From: Propionibacteriaceae bacterium
Lineage (GTDB): Bacteria > Actinomycetota > Actinomycetes > Propionibacteriales > Propionibacteriaceae
Direction: 5' to 3'
DNA: 32,000 nucleotides
Assembly: GCA_031256725.1 (NCBI GenBank)
Contig: JAIRQE010000005.1
Coordinates: 90,001 to 122,000, forward strand
The translations under genes and the position numbers were made by a program. Below are positions 27,832 to 32,000 of the stretch, in pieces; position 1 is the first letter of the stretch, and the number at the start of each line of letters is the position of its first letter. The notes below the pieces were generated by a model that searched no databases, was not told where the DNA came from, and worked only from the letters and a program-made list of their open reading frames with translations.

Positions 27832-29139
27832 TTAGAGTGTGGGTGTGGGGATGCGATCAACCGAAGCAGTTTGCGCAATATCGCTGCGGTAGAAACCTCC
27901 TGGGAAGTCGATTTCTTCAAGGAAAGAGTACGCATTCTCCCGCGCTTCGATGAGATCCTCACCTTGGGCAACGATACCAAGTACGCGACCCCCGCGTGGT
28001 ACTAGGTCGCCATTCTCGTCGAGACCTGTGCCGCAGTGGATGACCTGAACCTGATCCACAGGAGGAGGAATGGTGATAGTTCCTTGCTTGGAAGGAACCC
28101 CTGGATACCCATTGGCTGCATAAACCACAACCAGGGAGACCTCATCATCCCACGTCAATTCTGGAATATCACCCAGAGACCCTGCCGCCGCCGCATAGAG
28201 GATCTGCCCCAATGGATATTTCAGCAAGGGAAGTACAGCCTCAGTCTCGGGATCTCCGAAGCGTACATTAAACTCCACAACGCGCAGACCCTTGGTTGTC
28301 AGAGCAAGACCAACATAGAGCAGACCTTGGAAGGGGATCCCACGGTTGAACATCTCCTTCAGAGTCGGTTTCACAACCTTCTTCATCACCTTTGAGACGA
28401 GATTCTCGGGAGCCCACGGCAGTGGACAATAGGCACCCATTCCCCCAGTGTTGGGCCCAGTGTCCCCTTCACCGACCCTCTTGAAATCCTGGGCTGGGAG
28501 GAGGGGCAACCCCTTGTTTCCATCGCAGATCACAAACAGTGAAACCTCTGGGCCATCAAGGTACTCCTCAATCACGACAGGCAGACAGGCCTTAGCATGG
28601 GCGAGGGCTTCGTCGCGATCCTCGGTGACCACCACACCCTTACCCGCTGCTAATCCATCATCCTTGACCACATAGGGAGCACCAAACTCACTCAAGGCCC
28701 ACGAGGCCTCAGCGGCTGTCGTACAGTACATGGATCGGGCCGTGGGTACCTTCGCAGCCGTCATAATCTGTTTAGCGAAATTCTTGGAACCCTCCAATTG
28801 GGCGGCAGCCTTACTGGCTCCGAAACACTGGATTCCTGCATCACGTACGGCGTCGGCTAACCCAGCAACAAGAGGGGCCTCTGGGCCAACAACGACAAGG
28901 TTGACCCCCAATTCTTCGGCCACTTCGATGACGGACGCAGAATCCATGGGATCAACGCTAGAAATGCGTTTCCCTAAGTCAGAATCATGATCAATTCCGT
29001 ACTGCGCATCAAGAGCCCAGGTGGCAGGATTCCCTGGAGCAACATGAACGCTCTCAACTTCAACATCGCGCGCAATAGCTAAAGCCAATGCATGTTCGCG
29101 CCCACCAGATCCAACGACTAAAACAGTTAATTTCACCAC
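27832..29139 (-). CDS. purD: Phosphoribosylamine--glycine ligase
   Basis: Supporting motifs are VLVVGSGGREHALA, an ATP-grasp core (VVKDDGLAAGKGVVV, IEEYLDGPEVSLF, NTGGMGAY) and FNVRFGDPE. The start is GTG at 29139 or 29136. Confidence 0.95.
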   Translation of the reverse strand: MVKLTVLVVGSGGREHALALAIARDVEVESVHVAPGNPATWALDAQYGIDHDSDLGKRISSVDPMDSASVIEVAEELGVNLVVVGPEAPLVAGLADAVRDAGIQCFGASKAAAQLEGSKNFAKQIMTAAKVPTARSMYCTTAAEASWALSEFGAPYVVKDDGLAAGKGVVVTEDRDEALAHAKACLPVVIEEYLDGPEVSLFVICDGNKGLPLLPAQDFKRVGEGDTGPNTGGMGAYCPLPWAPENLVSKVMKKVVKPTLKEMFNRGIPFQGLLYVGLALTTKGLRVVEFNVRFGDPETEAVLPLLKYPLGQILYAAAAGSLGDIPELTWDDEVSLVVVYAANGYPGVPSKQGTITIPPPVDQVQVIHCGTGLDENGDLVPRGGRVLGIVAQGEDLIEARENAYSFLEEIDFPGGFYRSDIAQTASVDRIPTPTL

Positions 29140-29312
29140 CCTAGTTTACCGCCACCAAGGTGGTGCCCCTGAACCAATCGGGAGTACGACTAACCAGCGA
29201 TTCATTTAGGCAGATTCATACCACAGGAACATATCAGTGACTAGCAGAATCACTCAGATCTCTCGCAACTAAAACGCTACCGTAGATACCTACAAGTGAG
29301 CCTCCGAGCATT

Positions 29313-29331
29313 GGCAGTATTCCCCACTGCC
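29313..29331 (-). terminator. Hairpin downstream of purA (candidate terminator, no U-tail)
   Basis: GGCAGT-attcccc-ACTGCC is a 6-bp stem about 50 nt past the purA stop. It has no T-run on the minus strand, so support is weak. Confidence 0.25.
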
Positions 29332-29378
29332 ATCAATAACTTGCCTGGATTCATCGCTCCCCCTTGGATAGATCTAGA

Positions 29379-30710
<1,332 letters not shown>

Positions 30711-30746
30711 CTAGTGTACAGGGGTGAATCCTGTTAGCGCATCCGT

Positions 30747-31490
30747 TTATTCCCGGACAATATGTGACAAGGATTTGATCCCGCGTTCCAGATGCCAGTT
30801 GAGGAAGGCCCTCACAAGGGTTGATCCCTCGGTAATCCGCGTTTCGGGAATCTCGCGCGTCTGTATCCAGTCACCGGTCAGTAAGGAGATGAGGTACCCC
30901 AAGGTTGCACTTGAGATCGCTGGTACTCCCGCAGGTCGACACCGGCTACAGAGCGTACCTCCTGAGCTGGGAGCGAAGTACCCGTGTGGCCCCTCAGATC
31001 CGCAGATTGCGCAAGAATCAAGTTGAGGAGCATAGCCAGCAAGACTCGCCGCCCGAAGGATGTACGAGTCAAGGATCATGGCTGTAGGGCGTACCCCATC
31101 GGAGGTACCCTCCCCTAATGCGCGCAAAGCCCCCACAAGAAGCAGGTAATGCTGGAGCGCGGGGATTCCCTCTTCAGGTACAAGCTTGTCCGCGATCTCG
31201 ACCATGACCTCCGCAGTCGTGAATCGTGGGAAGTCATCAAGGAAAGGCCGTCCGAGAAGGGTTTTCGATACCACCGATGTGAAGATATCGAGGTTACGCC
31301 CCTCAGTGATCTGCAAGTCGACCTGAGCGAAGGGCTCCAGTCTCGCTCCAAATTTGGATGAGGTACGGCGGACCCCCTTCGCAACCCCACGCAATTTCCC
31401 GTGCTGTCTGGTGAGGATGGTGATGATCCGGTCGGCTTCCCCCAAACGGTGGGTGCGCAAAACAACACCCTCATCGTTGAATGTACCCAT
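30747..31490 (-). CDS. recO: DNA repair protein RecO
   Basis: The N-terminal OB-fold region is EGVVLRTHRLGEADRIITILTRQHGKLRGVAKGVRR. It has the C-terminal zinc motif CAICGSEG...CSRC. GGAGGTGAG lies before ATG 31490. Confidence 0.92.
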   Translation of the reverse strand: MGTFNDEGVVLRTHRLGEADRIITILTRQHGKLRGVAKGVRRTSSKFGARLEPFAQVDLQITEGRNLDIFTSVVSKTLLGRPFLDDFPRFTTAEVMVEIADKLVPEEGIPALQHYLLLVGALRALGEGTSDGVRPTAMILDSYILRAASLAGYAPQLDSCAICGSEGPHGYFAPSSGGTLCSRCRPAGVPAISSATLGYLISLLTGDWIQTREIPETRITEGSTLVRAFLNWHLERGIKSLSHIVRE

Positions 31491-31515
31491 CTCACCTCCA
31501 GTTCACTCTGTCATG

Positions 31516-31589
31516 CTGCGCGAAGTCGCAGCATCCAGAATATCCAGTCTCAATGAATCCCAGGTCTGGATTCTGCGACTGTCGCGCAG
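31516..31589. promoter_or_regulatory. Long imperfect inverted repeat in the divergent recO-uppS promoter region (operator- or leader-like)
   Basis: CTGCGCGAAGTCGCAGCATCCAGA (31516-31539) pairs with the reverse complement of TCTGGATTCTGCGACTGTCGCGCAG (31565-31589). That gives 23 matches, 1 mismatch and 1 indel, with a 25-nt spacer. The left arm overlaps a nested 8-bp palindrome, ATGCTGCG-cgaagt-CGCAGCAT (31513-31534). Confidence 0.45.
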
Positions 31590-31622
31590 AATGACAGTGG
31601 TGCTCACGCTAGGATCAAGTCT

Positions 31623-32000
31623 ATGGTCCAAGGTTATACTCGGCCCGAGAAGAGGCCCCCGACCCCACATCCATCGGGCGCGGTTGCGCCAACTGGGATA
31701 ACAGTACCCGCCCATGTCGCCATCGTCATGGATGGCAATGGTCGTTGGGCTAAGCAACGTGGATTGCCACGTACTGATGGACATGAGCGTGGTGAAGGAG
31801 CATTGTTCGATGTCATTGAAGGTGCTATTGAGGTGGGCCTGAAAGCCTTGACTGTTTATGCCTTTTCCACCGAAAACTGGAAACGCTCCCCCGCTGAGGT
31901 TCACTGGCTCATGGGATTCAACCGTGACACCATTCACCGTCGCCGAGGGGATCTGGATGCACTCGGAGTGAAGATTCGTTGGGCAGGACGTCGCCCCAAA
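31623..32000 (+). CDS. uppS: Isoprenyl transferase / undecaprenyl-diphosphate synthase (5' part, runs off the window)
   Basis: I translated this frame by hand. It is open from ATG 31623 to the window end and is absent from the ORF track because there is no stop. The translation is MVQGYTRPEKRPPTPHPSGAVAPTGITVPAHVAIVMDGNGRWAKQRGLPRTDGHERGEGALFDVIEGAIEVGLKALTVYAFSTENWKRSPAEV. It includes the canonical HVAIVMDGNGRWA and YAFSTENW motifs. Confidence 0.9.
   Translation, partial: MVQGYTRPEKRPPTPHPSGAVAPTGITVPAHVAIVMDGNGRWAKQRGLPRTDGHERGEGALFDVIEGAIEVGLKALTVYAFSTENWKRSPAEVHWLMGFNRDTIHRRRGDLDALGVKIRWAGRRPK

Noticed and set aside
29140-29378. Possible purine-responsive or ZTP riboswitch in the 239-nt gap upstream of purD, and likewise in the 246-nt gap upstream of guaB at 12473-12739.
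   Set aside because: I could not find the conserved ZTP (CCGCCTGGGC-type) or purine-riboswitch cores on the relevant strand. Only small generic hairpins are present, plus a GATCTAGATC palindrome at the purA stop.

Overview
This window looks like a densely packed core-chromosome segment of a mid-GC actinobacterium, probably Actinomycetales-like. The supporting gene content is Lsr2, a GuaB/GuaB3 pair, a MenJ-like reductase next to MenF, the TsaE-TsaB-RimI-TsaD cluster, and several TANNNT-N6/7-ATG leaderless-type starts. I can support about 31 protein genes. On the left: a VOC/glyoxalase-like protein, proline dehydrogenase, a CPBP protease and metG (minus strand), then pta-ackA-SDR-acyltransferase (plus strand, stop/start overlaps). 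In the middle: guaB-guaB3, a geranylgeranyl-reductase-family gene, lsr2, menF, the tsaD-rimI-tsaB-tsaE operon preceded by a two-gene ABC exporter, and a plus-strand run of GT4 glycosyltransferase, ParA/MinD-like ATPase, a MauE/DoxX membrane protein and two tandem DsbA/MdbA-like paralogues. On the right: purB, purD, purA, recO and the 5' part of uppS. I found no rRNA, tRNA, CRISPR array, transposase, integrase, phage gene or recognisable defence system, so I do not claim a clearly novel system here. The most interesting items are: (1) the MauE/DoxX plus two-DsbA module, a candidate oxidative-folding unit that has not been characterised; (2) a 140-bp element bounded by a perfect 19-bp inverted repeat between two convergent genes; (3) a 24-nt palindromic repeat present once as an intergenic hairpin and once in-frame inside an apparent rimI insertion; (4) several other short repeats and operator-like inverted repeats. 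All calls come from reading the sequence and the ORF translations and from remembered family motifs. No searches were run.
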